The notes under the pieces were generated by a model that saw only the letters and a program-made list of their open reading frames with translations, had not been told where the DNA came from and ran no database searches. The translations under genes were made by a program, and so were the position numbers. Shown one piece after another: positions 1-9,865 of a stretch of DNA of 64,000 nucleotides (the first letter of the stretch is position 1; the number at the start of each line of letters is the position of its first letter). The DNA is taken from contig JAHLWR010000011.1 of NCBI GenBank assembly GCA_019057815.1, forward strand, positions 32,001 through 96,000. The letters are read 5' to 3'. This DNA is from Candidatus Heimdallarchaeota archaeon. GTDB lineage: Archaea > Asgardarchaeota > Heimdallarchaeia > Heimdallarchaeales > Heimdallarchaeaceae.

Positions 1-231
1 GTACTAAATTTCATTCAAACTTTAGCTGCAAGAATTAGACAAAGGAATCAAGTAGCTATGATTGTACTTGATTTAGGCGTTATTGATAATCAAGTAGAGA
101 GAACACTTCACACGATAGTTGATATAGTTGCTGAAACAAAAAGATCTGATGAACTTACGGAAGTTAATCAGCTAGTAAGAATAAAATTTGCTAAAAGCAA
201 ATATGAACCTCGTTGGGTCCAAGTAGTATAA
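1..231 (+). CDS. 3' end of a RecA-superfamily (KaiC/RAD55-like) ATPase-domain protein, partial
   Basis: Frame 1 is open from the window edge: VLNFIQTLAARIRQRNQVAMIVLDLGVIDNQVERTLHTIVDIVAETKR...VRIKFAK..., stop TAA at 229-231. Resembles the KaiC/RAD55 C-terminal strands. Confidence 0.55.
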   Translation, partial: VLNFIQTLAARIRQRNQVAMIVLDLGVIDNQVERTLHTIVDIVAETKRSDELTEVNQLVRIKFAKSKYEPRWVQVV

Positions 232-404
232 ACTACCCCTACCTAAAGTAAAAGGGCTTCTGCTATGTTCATTAAATAATACTTAACATTTTAATCTTAG
301 AAATGATTGAAACAGTTTCTGTTTTTTTAAGCTGTAAAGGTCGTTTTAAACAAACACTAAAATTTAAATTGTTAATAATTAGGAAAAGAAAAGGAATCTA
401 CGAA

Positions 405-1424
405 TTACTTTTTCTGATTTCGGATAACTGTAATTCCCATAAAGGTTAAACACAAAATTGACACAACTATTGAGATGGAAACATCTTGAGGTGGATTAAT
501 TGGATTTTGAAGCGAGTATATACAATATTCAATCATAGAAATATAATCTAATACTTCGAAAGTACTATATTTTCCGGGAATAGGGGACATATTTGCAATT
601 TTTGCACCTGTTTCTCGAGCTATAACATTTACATGGTCTGAACTGTGTTGGGGACTAGAAATTATTAAACTACAGTTCTCGCTTTCCATAAGTTTAATGA
701 CATTATCTATATGTGCTTGCCCTGGTTCTCCTCCATCGTGAGATTCTATTACAGCAATACGTTCGATACCTAGTAGATCAAAAAGATAATAGAATGCAGG
801 ATGGTTGACCACAACTTTTAAACCTTGAAATATTGCAGTTTTATTAGCGTAAATATCATCCATGAGGGTATTAATTTTTTCTTCAAATGCATTATAATTC
901 TCAATAAATGAATCGCTATTTAATGGATCAAGCTCTATGAGTTTATCTTTTGTAACATTACCCATCTTCATCGCAACATTTGGATTCATCCAAACATGGG
1001 GGTTAATAGAACCATCAAGCAATGAATCAGCATATCCATCATCAATATTTGTTAAGTTGACGATTTTATCAGCCAAATTTGGATAATCAGCCACTAAAGG
1101 AGCTAACCATGGTTCTGCACCTGAAATCCCCATTGAAAATATTACATCACATTCGATCATATGGTTAATTTGCATTTGTGTGGGACCATCGAATGAATGT
1201 ATATCTGTTGAACTATCAACGATTGATTCAATATCCACATTATCTCCAACAATTTGCATAGCAATATCATATGGAATTGCTATCGTAGTCATTATATCCA
1301 AGGAAGATGTTTCTTGTGTGATTAATTTCTTAATGGGTAGCGAAATAACGTTTTCATTAACTACCATAGGCAAAATAAAGAAGCTTGAGATAATAATCCA
1401 TAATATAACTAATCTTTTCTTCAA
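405..1424 (-). CDS. Zn/Mn ABC transporter substrate-binding protein (ZnuA/TroA family) with C-terminal membrane anchor
   Basis: DIHSF, NPHVW and NHPAFYY metal-ligand motifs; signal peptide; C-terminal TM plus basic tail. Confidence 0.9.
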   Translation of the reverse strand: MKKRLVILWIIISSFFILPMVVNENVISLPIKKLITQETSSLDIMTTIAIPYDIAMQIVGDNVDIESIVDSSTDIHSFDGPTQMQINHMIECDVIFSMGISGAEPWLAPLVADYPNLADKIVNLTNIDDGYADSLLDGSINPHVWMNPNVAMKMGNVTKDKLIELDPLNSDSFIENYNAFEEKINTLMDDIYANKTAIFQGLKVVVNHPAFYYLFDLLGIERIAVIESHDGGEPGQAHIDNVIKLMESENCSLIISSPQHSSDHVNVIARETGAKIANMSPIPGKYSTFEVLDYISMIEYCIYSLQNPINPPQDVSISIVVSILCLTFMGITVIRNQKK

Positions 1425-1498
1425 ACAAAGCTCACCTGTTAATGTTTTTCTTTTAGATAAAGCTGAATACTATCAGTATTTGAGTATAAATATATAAA

Positions 1499-1518
1499 GA
1501 TTACGTTATATCGTAATT
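1499..1518. promoter_or_regulatory. Imperfect palindrome between divergent znuA-like and dtxR-like genes, candidate metal-repressor operator
   Basis: GATTACGTTATATCGTAATT is a near-perfect inverted repeat. A related TTACGCCGTAA lies at about 1585-1595. Confidence 0.5.
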
Positions 1519-1639
1519 TAATATATACTAAAAACTGTTTATTGATAGCAAAAAATGCGTCTTCAAACCGATTACTAAATTATTTTACGCCGTAACATAA
1601 TATTTATAAGTATCATAAATATAAGTTCTTTGAATTCAA

Positions 1640-2065
1640 ATGGATTTACTAGAGCCAGGAACACTAGAATACAGTATTTTACAACAATTTCTTTTTCAAG
1701 AAGGAGGAATCAAACCTGGTAAAATTGCCAAACAGCTATGCAAAGAGCGAAGTACTATAAATAGTGCAATTGAACGAATGGGGAAGAAGGGCATTTTGAG
1801 GTGGGATAAATATAACGAGATTCGGCTTCTAAATAAAGGTAGAAATGAACTCAAGCACATCGAAACTCATCTTCATTTAATCGAGGTATTTCTAGTAGAC
1901 ACTTTGAGCATATCAACAAAGAAAGCATACAAAGAATCTCTTCGATTAGCTCCTCACTTTTCATGTGAATTAATCGAAAAAATATGTAACCAATATAATA
2001 AGCCAGAAGTATGTCCAAACAGAAGAATAATACCCCATCATCCTGCATGTCATTCGCATGATTGA
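1640..2065 (+). CDS. DtxR/MntR-family metal-dependent transcriptional regulator
   Basis: wHTH, HLHLIEVFL, KESLRLAPH and a CP..R.IP C-terminus; His/Cys-rich tail. Confidence 0.85.
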   Translation: MDLLEPGTLEYSILQQFLFQEGGIKPGKIAKQLCKERSTINSAIERMGKKGILRWDKYNEIRLLNKGRNELKHIETHLHLIEVFLVDTLSISTKKAYKESLRLAPHFSCELIEKICNQYNKPEVCPNRRIIPHHPACHSHD

Positions 2066-2147
2066 GATTTAAAGGAGATGATTTAGAATAACTACATTAA
2101 CAGATTTCTTTCAAGCATTAACTAAAAGTTATGTTCTTAGACCATTC

Positions 2148-4028
2148 TTGACAGCAATTATTATCGGTGTTGTCTGTGCAATTATTGGGGTTTTTATCAT
2201 TCTAAGAGGATTAGTTTTCTTTGGGAATGGCATTGCACATTCTGCGTTTGCAGGTGGAGCTTTAGCGATACTATTAAACTTACCTTCACCACTTCAACTA
2301 TTAGTGATTACAGGTTTTACAACTGCAACAGCAATAAGTATTGGATATGTAAATCAGAAAGCGAAAATTACAAATGAAACAGCAATAGGGATATTTTTTG
2401 CTTTTACAATGGCACTTGGAGTCATCTTTGTTAGTCTATATAAAACATATAACATTGCAATAAGCTCATTACTCTTTGGTAGTTTAGCATCAATAAGCAA
2501 TACTGAACTTATAACAAACTTGGTTTTAGCACTAATAATTATTAGTGTCGTTCTCATAATTAGAAGAGGATTATATTTTCTAACATTTGACGAAGAATTA
2601 GCCAAAGCAAATGGTATGGCTGTTAATTTCTTATCATATACATTTCTCATACTTACAGCATTGACAATTGTTATGTGTATTACAACAGTTGGAATTATCC
2701 TAGTAATGGCATATATCGTTACTCCAGCAGCAGCAGCATACCAGTTTACATACAAATTAAAAAGGATGATCATTTATTCAGTAATATTCGCCGTTATTGC
2801 TTCTTTTTTGGGTTTTATGATAGCATATTTACTCGATATTTCCGGAAGTGCAACAATAGCTATTGTTCTAACATTAATGTTTCTTATATCAATGCTAATC
2901 TCACCAAAACGACGATCAAGAAAAATAGGCGCAGATGTAACGCTTTGTATTAAGTGTGAAAAATTAGTAGAAGAGTCCGAGTGTAAATACTGCATTATTA
3001 GTGAAAATACTCGCATAAATGACAATTTAAAAGAACCATTGTTACCTAATCAAATCTTCAAAGATGATGAAAATAGAATAATAAAACAAGAGAAACTACA
3101 AGAAAATAATGTTTCAAATAAGGAGAGTAACCCCATTATAGATTTACGTGATATTTCAGTAGTTTTAGATAAGAATCTCATTATTGATGATATAAACTTA
3201 CAAATCAGAAAGGGGGAGTATATTGGTTTAATCGGTAAAAATGGATCTGGAAAGAGCACATTAATGAAAACAATATTAGGATTGATCAAACCAACAAAAG
3301 GTACTGTGAGAATTTTTGGTTTACCTATAGAAAAAAAACTTAGTAGAAGAATATCAATCAAAAAAATAATTTCTACATATACGAGAAAAAATACAAGGAA
3401 TAACATTTCTTTGAATATTTATGATCGTATTGGTTATGTTTCTCAAATGCATCTAATTCAGAGAGAATTTCCAGCTACAGTTCGCGATGTTGTTGCAATG
3501 GGATTGTACAAGAAGGGTAGCTCTTTAATAGTAAAAATGCTTAGGCTTTTGGTACTTATATTCCATTTTCCATTGGTTTTCTATGATACTGAAGGTTTTG
3601 TAAAGAAATTTAGAGGAAGAATCCAAAGCGTTAAGGATGTTAAAAAACATAGGAAAGATAATAATGAAAAAGTCTTAAACGCATTACATAAAGTCGGAAT
3701 GGGAACATTCCAGAATCGCCCAATAGGTCATCTTTCGGGGGGAGAACAGCAAAAAGTACTTGTAGCTCAATCTCTTGCTAGAAATCCAGAGATTTTACTT
3801 CTAGATGAACCTACAGCAGCTCTGGATTTTGTTATGGTGAAAAATTTCCTAGATCTGCTAAATACACTGAATAAGAAATATGGTCTAACATTGATTGTTA
3901 TCCAACACAACCTTGAGATGTTGCGACCTTTCTGTTCAAGATTGATTATGTTAAAAGGAATAATAGTTTATGATGGTTTACCAAACATTCCTAGAGCAGA
4001 TCAAGTATTAGAAACAGTATTCTCTTGA
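2148..4028 (+). CDS. Fused metal ABC permease (ZnuB-like) and ATPase (ZnuC-like); true start may be ATA at 2088
   Basis: N-half has the ABC-3 permease motifs GIAHSAFAG and TFDEELAKANG. C-half has Walker A GKNGSGKST, LSGGEQQ and LLLDEP. Confidence 0.9.
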   Translation: MTAIIIGVVCAIIGVFIILRGLVFFGNGIAHSAFAGGALAILLNLPSPLQLLVITGFTTATAISIGYVNQKAKITNETAIGIFFAFTMALGVIFVSLYKTYNIAISSLLFGSLASISNTELITNLVLALIIISVVLIIRRGLYFLTFDEELAKANGMAVNFLSYTFLILTALTIVMCITTVGIILVMAYIVTPAAAAYQFTYKLKRMIIYSVIFAVIASFLGFMIAYLLDISGSATIAIVLTLMFLISMLISPKRRSRKIGADVTLCIKCEKLVEESECKYCIISENTRINDNLKEPLLPNQIFKDDENRIIKQEKLQENNVSNKESNPIIDLRDISVVLDKNLIIDDINLQIRKGEYIGLIGKNGSGKSTLMKTILGLIKPTKGTVRIFGLPIEKKLSRRISIKKIISTYTRKNTRNNISLNIYDRIGYVSQMHLIQREFPATVRDVVAMGLYKKGSSLIVKMLRLLVLIFHFPLVFYDTEGFVKKFRGRIQSVKDVKKHRKDNNEKVLNALHKVGMGTFQNRPIGHLSGGEQQKVLVAQSLARNPEILLLDEPTAALDFVMVKNFLDLLNTLNKKYGLTLIVIQHNLEMLRPFCSRLIMLKGIIVYDGLPNIPRADQVLETVFS

Positions 4029-4185
4029 AAAATGCATTGTACATTCCAGTAAGTTTTTCTGTTCATTTATCATCTTTGAACAGAAAAAAAACAAAAATAA
4101 TACTAACTATATGTGTTTTCAAACAAAGTTTATAAGAAAAAACCAAATAGTTACACTAACGGAAATATGCAACTTGTGATTCAAA

Positions 4186-4482
4186 ATGTCAGATAAAAAA
4201 GATTTTCAAAATGACAGATCTACAATCTTCATAAGTAAAAAAGGCACAATGAATTACTGTTTAGTAGCTGTAACTATTTTCAACAAAGGAGCTGAGACAT
4301 GCCAGATTAGAGCAAGAGGAAGGTTGATCAGCAAAGCAGTAGATGTAGCAGAAATCACAACACGAAAATTTTTGCCTGAGATGTTAGAAATTGCAGAAGT
4401 TAAAATTGGTTCAGAAGAAGTAGAAAACGATGGTTTTAAAAAAAGCGTATCAACTATCGATATCACTCTTAAGAAAAAATAG
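4186..4482 (+). CDS. albA: DNA/RNA-binding protein Alba
   Basis: IFISKKGTMNY, IRARGRLISKAVDVAEI and VSTIDITL match the Alba family. Confidence 0.93.
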   Translation: MSDKKDFQNDRSTIFISKKGTMNYCLVAVTIFNKGAETCQIRARGRLISKAVDVAEITTRKFLPEMLEIAEVKIGSEEVENDGFKKSVSTIDITLKKK

Positions 4483-4538
4483 AACAAGTAACTTGCTTCT
4501 TTCTAAGATGAATTTTTTAAGATGAAGTAACATAAACT

Positions 4539-4739
4539 TTAGCTGTATAGGTCAATGTTACGCTTTTTGAACGAATCAAAATACGAATAACTATACATTG
4601 ATTCGTTAAAGTGTTTGGGGTAATAGCTATCTTTAGACACCGCTAAATTAATAGCATTTTCAGTATATTCTAGTGTTACTTTTATCCCGTTTTCATTGAA
4701 TAGTTCTCTCTCTGTTTCCCAACATAGCGGGATTTGCAT
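4539..4739 (-). CDS. Small hypothetical protein
   Basis: 66-aa ORF filling the intergenic space, with a TATA-like upstream region. No family recognised. Confidence 0.4.
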   Translation of the reverse strand: MQIPLCWETERELFNENGIKVTLEYTENAINLAVSKDSYYPKHFNESMYSYSYFDSFKKRNIDLYS

Positions 4740-4869
4740 TCGGGTTGATTATGAAAAAAGGTTTTAAAGACATATATTTGTGCTAAATACTAGCTATTAA
4801 TAATTATTTATGTAAAAAGATTTTACGCTAAATATATTAACTTACATTTTTATATTAGAATACTATTTA

Positions 4870-5241
4870 GTGATAGTGATTACAATGCAATGTCCTCAAT
4901 GCGGTACTGAAAATCCACAAGACGCAGCTTTCTGCCGTAAATGTGGAAGAAATATTGGCACCACTAGTCCTGAATCATCACAGCCCACAACTCTTGGTAC
5001 TCCCCCTCAACAAGAATATGCACAGCAACAATACGCTCCAACTCCAAGTAAAAGATTTGTTAGATGTTCAAATGATAGTACTATCGCTGGAGTGTGTTCT
5101 GGTTTCGCTAGATATGCAAATATCGATGTTTCCTCAACCAGAATAATAACGCTTTTGCTATTACTCTTTACAGCTTCAGGAATATTTTGGGTTTATCTTA
5201 TATTATGGATAATTTTACCAAAAGAACAATGTACAAACTAA
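4870..5241 (+). CDS. Zinc-ribbon + PspC-domain membrane protein
   Basis: CPQCG..N...A.FCRKCG zinc ribbon, then a P/Q-rich linker, then the PspC motif R..ND..IAGVCSGFA.Y...Y.ILWIILP. Confidence 0.85.
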   Translation: MIVITMQCPQCGTENPQDAAFCRKCGRNIGTTSPESSQPTTLGTPPQQEYAQQQYAPTPSKRFVRCSNDSTIAGVCSGFARYANIDVSSTRIITLLLLLFTASGIFWVYLILWIILPKEQCTN

Positions 5242-5261
5242 AAAGTTTTGAAGCATTTTCT

Positions 5262-6071
5262 TTAGGAATTCTTTTCTTCTTTTTTATTTACAAAAAAATC
5301 TTCTAATTTACTTGACTTTGGTCTTTGAATAACAGGAAAAATCTCACTCCAAGGTACTTTTTTTATGCTCATACCATTTTTTTCCAAGTATTCTTGAACA
5401 TTTTTTGGAAAATTAGGTGCAACCATTATTGCTCTAATAATCTTTTTTTCTGTATCTTTAAAATACTCCACATAACGTTTTAACTGATGAGCATCAGCTG
5501 GAGATGCGTTTCTTTTTTTAACTTCAACAATTACTTCTCTCCCCTTTGTATCTCTTCCCTTAATATCGACTGGTCCAACTTTTGTTTGAAATTCCGTTTT
5601 AACGACTTTAAATCCTTCTTCAATTAATTCAGGGTGTGTAACAAGATACTTGACTAGATCAGATTCATCACCATAAATTTCGATTTCTGTTCCATCTAAA
5701 GCGTGCCAAAGTATAGAAGTGAATATTTGTTCAAACACGACTATTAATGTTTCACCCGTTTTTTTTCTACGTGTGAACATTTCTAAAGTTGAATCCTTTT
5801 CTGAAAAATGAATGGGGCCTGCATCAGGTTTTTGCCAATTCAGGGGTTTTACACCTTCAGGTCCGTGCATGATAATTGATAGATCTTTCTTTATCACTAA
5901 TAAGCGATCTCCACTTTCTAGTGTGGATTTTATTCTTCCATCAAAATAAGCTTTACATCTTCCAGCTATTATAATCATTTTATCTCCAACAGCTTTGTTT
6001 AGCCTATCTATGAGATTATTAATAGGTGATACTGGAAGATTTACAATATTACTGAGTTCCATCTGAACCAC
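5262..6071 (-). CDS. nucS: Mismatch-specific endonuclease NucS/EndoMS
   Basis: GRIKSTL..GDRLLVIK.D, KPLNWQ, GPVDI, VVEVK and QLKRY motifs. Confidence 0.93.
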   Translation of the reverse strand: MVQMELSNIVNLPVSPINNLIDRLNKAVGDKMIIIAGRCKAYFDGRIKSTLESGDRLLVIKKDLSIIMHGPEGVKPLNWQKPDAGPIHFSEKDSTLEMFTRRKKTGETLIVVFEQIFTSILWHALDGTEIEIYGDESDLVKYLVTHPELIEEGFKVVKTEFQTKVGPVDIKGRDTKGREVIVEVKKRNASPADAHQLKRYVEYFKDTEKKIIRAIMVAPNFPKNVQEYLEKNGMSIKKVPWSEIFPVIQRPKSSKLEDFFVNKKEEKNS

Positions 6072-6183
6072 GTTTTGAAGTCAACGATTTAAGATCCTTA
6101 ATGAAAGTGAATATACCTGAAATAAGCAGAGCTAGAGCTAACGTAAAAACTATTCCCAATCCTATCCACCCATAAACATCCAA
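6049..6183 (-). CDS. 44-aa single-pass membrane peptide upstream of nucS (not in ORF track)
   Basis: TTG start downstream of GGAG. Translation: MDVYGWIGLGIVFTLALALLISGIFTFIKDLKSLTSKRGSDGTQ*. Its stop overlaps the nucS start region. Confidence 0.6.
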   Translation of the reverse strand: MDVYGWIGLGIVFTLALALLISGIFTFIKDLKSLTSKRGSDGTQ

Positions 6184-6344
6184 ATTAACATCAGTCTCCG
6201 TTTTTCATGTCTTTAACTGTTTATCGTTATCTCATATTTAAAATTGTTCTGTCAGAGAAAAATTTCAATTTACCTTTGTATTAAAACATACAAAAAACTA
6301 TAAACACTAAAATATCTGGTTAAAATATATGATAAAACAAACAA

Positions 6345-7154
6345 GTGAAAATTATGGTACTAATACCTGATATAATGTTGTATATTCAATTGGGAACTGT
6401 AATAGTTTGTCTTCTTTATGCTTCAGTTGTTGATATAATTAAAAGAGAAGTTTCTGATATTCCTTGGATTATAATGGCTTTAGAAGGTTTGATAACTACA
6501 ATTATCTTTCTGGTTTACTCTGAGAATAGGAAGTCAGAGTGGATAACAATTGCAATTAATCTAGGGTTAGGGATAATTATAGGTTTGACTTTATATTACA
6601 CAGGGATAATGGGAGGAGCTGATGCAAAAGCTCTTATGGCACTCTCAATAAACACAGCAATCTATCCTTTTAACTTCGAATTGACAAGTTATAGTGTATA
6701 TTCCTATTTACCTCCTATCTTTAACACGTTCTTCAATTGGTTACTTGTGATGATTATAATCTATCCAATACCTTTGTTAATCTACAATCTAATCCTTAAA
6801 ATCAAAGGTACCAATTTGTTTGAAGAAGTGCATGCTAATATGGCAGATAAAATTCTTATGCTTATATCTGGATATATCCTTCCTGTTGAAAAAGCTACAA
6901 AGAGAGTTGATATAGTCTACTCTGAAATCTACGATGACAAAAACGAAAAATGGAAACTAAAACACTTCATGGCTGTACAAGAAATCGAGGAGGAAGAGGA
7001 GTTTAAAAAACAAATCGAAGAAAAAGTAGAAAAAACAGAAAAGAAAAAGATATGGGTTAAAGTATTACCACCAGGAATTCTTTTTCTATTAATTGGATAT
7101 ATAATCAATATTTTAGTGGGTAACGTCTTCTTTGCGATATTGCTTCAATCCTAA
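6345..7154 (+). CDS. A24 prepilin/preflagellin peptidase (FlaK/PibD-like)
   Basis: ASVVDIIKREV and MGGADAKAL aspartate motifs; C-terminal KIWVK..P. Confidence 0.9.
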   Translation: MKIMVLIPDIMLYIQLGTVIVCLLYASVVDIIKREVSDIPWIIMALEGLITTIIFLVYSENRKSEWITIAINLGLGIIIGLTLYYTGIMGGADAKALMALSINTAIYPFNFELTSYSVYSYLPPIFNTFFNWLLVMIIIYPIPLLIYNLILKIKGTNLFEEVHANMADKILMLISGYILPVEKATKRVDIVYSEIYDDKNEKWKLKHFMAVQEIEEEEEFKKQIEEKVEKTEKKKIWVKVLPPGILFLLIGYIINILVGNVFFAILLQS

Positions 7155-7176
7155 AAAGGAAAAAAATAAAGGAAAT

Positions 7177-8013
7177 TTAAGAAAGCTTGTTGAACTCTGA
7201 ATATGAGCTTTCTGAACAATCTTCCAAAACTTTGTCTATTTTTTTCTTGTAATTTCCAATTATGTAGTTTAAAACTTCATCATAGTCAACACTCAACCTG
7301 TAGCATCTTTTGAAAAAGGGCAATATACTTTTCAGATCTTTATGGAGAATGCGGACAGCTCTAGACAAAGCAATAAGATTGTTACCATAAGGCACAGCAT
7401 CTTTTAATGCAAAGTTTTTTGATTGTAGAAAATCAATTACATATATTTTGTCGTTGTAGAACATTAGATTATGTTCGCTGAAATCTCCATGCACCCACTG
7501 ACCTTGAAACATGTTATGGAGAATGTCAATAACTTGTTCTAGAATTTCATCAGAAGAGATAAGGGAATCTTTCTTAATATCGCTTAATAAGGGAGCAGGT
7601 CCATCAGCATCTCCAATAAGTTCCATTGAAAAACTATATGTCAACCTATTGTAAGGTTGAGGTACGGATAAGCCGAGTTTGAACATATCTAACGTTTTGT
7701 AATATTCAAGTTTAGCAAAATGAGAAATCACTTCATAGGGTGATGAACGAAATGTCTTGTTAATTGTTTCACGATGGGTTGTTCTATGAATTTTGTAACT
7801 TTTTACAGCAACTAGACGATTTTCATAATCTTTACCCCAGAAAACAAAAGCTTCTTTACCTTGCCCAATAACTTGATAAGCTTCTTTAATAAGCCCATTT
7901 TCAATGGCATCCTTGATTGCAATACTAGGAGTAAGTTCACCTATTGCTTCACCAGTTTCTCGATGATACCAATATTTCTCATTGAGCATTACAACACTTC
8001 CTAATAGATACAA
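7177..8013 (-). CDS. RIO-family serine kinase/ATPase
   Basis: IGQGKEAFVF, VAVK, VHGDFSEHN and VIDFLQ motifs. Confidence 0.9.
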   Translation of the reverse strand: MYLLGSVVMLNEKYWYHRETGEAIGELTPSIAIKDAIENGLIKEAYQVIGQGKEAFVFWGKDYENRLVAVKSYKIHRTTHRETINKTFRSSPYEVISHFAKLEYYKTLDMFKLGLSVPQPYNRLTYSFSMELIGDADGPAPLLSDIKKDSLISSDEILEQVIDILHNMFQGQWVHGDFSEHNLMFYNDKIYVIDFLQSKNFALKDAVPYGNNLIALSRAVRILHKDLKSILPFFKRCYRLSVDYDEVLNYIIGNYKKKIDKVLEDCSESSYSEFNKLS

Positions 8014-8360
8014 GATTTAGATTTTTTAATACGAATCGAAATTTTATTTTAATCACATTCCAACTGAAGGAATCAACAAAACAAATGAAATTGGGGCTTT
8101 GTGAGAAAAAATAGATTCTAACTGAATCAATTGATAATGTAATAAGAAATGTTAGCGTTAACAATCAGTAGAACTGTTAAAAATCAACGTTATGTAAAGG
8201 TATCATAGTACAACCCAAATTTTTCCCAACAAATTCAATCGCGTTAACAATGTTACCAATCATTTGTTCTATGACACCTCCTACAGTTCTATTTTACAAT
8301 AAAGAGTGTTTATTATTTAAGATTAACTCTTTTAGTGAATAGGAATAAGTAATAAAAATT

Positions 8361-8436
8361 TGGTAGTCCCCAGGAGATTCGAACTCCTGTCCCGGGATTC
8401 AGAGTCCCAGATGTTTGACCACTACACTAGGGGACT
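8361..8436 (-). tRNA. tRNA-Gln(CTG)
   Basis: AGTCCCC...TGGGA CTCTGAA TCCCG...AGGAG TTCGAAT CTCCT GGGGACT A CCA forms a complete cloverleaf; A1-U72; encoded CCA. Confidence 0.95.
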
Positions 8437-8518
8437 TTATTCGTTACTATATCTCCTCATTATTCATGTGTTTTTTAATTTTTCTTTAAAACAGCGGAAA
8501 ATAATATTTAATCTTAAT

Positions 8519-9865
8519 ACATAGCAGAAATCCCCTAACTTTAGGTGGGGGATGAATGCGATAGAAACATCTATTCATCTATTACTCGTCTTTTTATAGT
8601 GAAAAAAGTACTAAGGAAATAAGGAAATGAACTGATGTTAACCTACAAAGTGCAACTGTACCCGAACAAACAGCAACAAGCAAAACTTGGTGAACAGTTG
8701 GATATTTGTAGAAAACTCTATAATAGACTACTAGAAGAGTGTAAGAAAGAACAAGAGAAGGGAGAAAAACTCACACAAATCAAAACTCAATCGTTTATAG
8801 TAGGGCTAAAAAATACTTCTATGCCCGAATTGAAAGGAGTACATTCTAAAGTTTTACAGATGGTCAACTACACTCTATGGACAAATATCAAGAGTCTATC
8901 CCAATTAAAAAAGAATGGGCATAAAATCGGTCACTTACGTTTTAAAGGAAAAGGATGGTACAAGACTATCAACTATAACCAGAGCGGTTTCAAGATAGAC
9001 GAAAACAAAAACAAACTAACCTTTTCTAAGATTGGGACTATCAATTGTAGAGGACTAAATAATAGAGTAAGAGAAAACAAAATTAAAGGGATAATACTCA
9101 AACGCACTCAAACGGGTAGATGGTTCGCGAATATACAAATAGAAAACTCTCCAGTAGTTCTTCCTAAAACCTCTAAAAGCGTAGGGATAGATGTAGGGAT
9201 AAATTCTTACGCAGTGGATTCGGATGGACGAGAGATAGAGAATCCTAAAAACATAGAAAGACAATTAAAGAAACTTAAAAATAAGCACAAATCTCTTAGT
9301 CGTAAAAAGCAAGGTTCAAAGAATTGGTTAAAAGCCAAATATCAGTTGGCTAAACTCTACACTAAAGCTGTTGACCAGCGTAAAGACTTCTTACATAAAG
9401 TCTCAAACTTTTATGTAGATAATTATGATATTATCTGTGTGGAAAACTTGAATATTAAAGGACTCACACAGAAAGGTAATAAGAAACACAAGCGGTCACG
9501 CACACTCCATCGTAACATTCTCGACGCTTCATGGGGAATATTCTTCAACTATTTATCTTATAAAGCTGTAAACGCTGATAAAGAACTAGTTAAAGTTCCA
9601 CCAAGAGGTACTACTCAAGAATGTTCCAGATGTGGAGAGATAGTTCCTAAGACATTAAATGATAGGACACACTCTTGTCCTTATTGCGACTTAGAGATAG
9701 ACCGCGACTATAACGCTTCAATAAACATTTTGAAGAGGGGTAAGGGATATGCCTCTTTACTTGTGGAGAACAGACCTCTAATCACTATCACTGCTTCTGC
9801 TTTCGTTAGTGGTCAAGTCTTTTCAATGAATCAAGAAACGCCTACCTTTAGGAAGGTGTAGTTCA
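8519..9865 (+). mobile_element. IS200/IS605-family element carrying tnpB only (IS1341-like)
   Basis: Subterminal hairpins ATCCCCTAACTTTAGGTGGGGGAT (8530-8553) and ACGCCTACCTTTAGGAAGGTGT (9838-9859), the latter followed by AGTTCA. No tnpA. The exact left end is uncertain; TTAAT at 8514-8518 is a candidate target motif. Confidence 0.8.
8635..9861 (+). CDS. tnpB: RNA-guided endonuclease TnpB
   Basis: N-terminal HTH (YKVQLYPNKQQ); RuvC residues GIDVG, VENL and DRDYNAS; CSRCG...CPYC zinc finger. Confidence 0.95.
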   Translation: MLTYKVQLYPNKQQQAKLGEQLDICRKLYNRLLEECKKEQEKGEKLTQIKTQSFIVGLKNTSMPELKGVHSKVLQMVNYTLWTNIKSLSQLKKNGHKIGHLRFKGKGWYKTINYNQSGFKIDENKNKLTFSKIGTINCRGLNNRVRENKIKGIILKRTQTGRWFANIQIENSPVVLPKTSKSVGIDVGINSYAVDSDGREIENPKNIERQLKKLKNKHKSLSRKKQGSKNWLKAKYQLAKLYTKAVDQRKDFLHKVSNFYVDNYDIICVENLNIKGLTQKGNKKHKRSRTLHRNILDASWGIFFNYLSYKAVNADKELVKVPPRGTTQECSRCGEIVPKTLNDRTHSCPYCDLEIDRDYNASINILKRGKGYASLLVENRPLITITASAFVSGQVFSMNQETPTFRKV

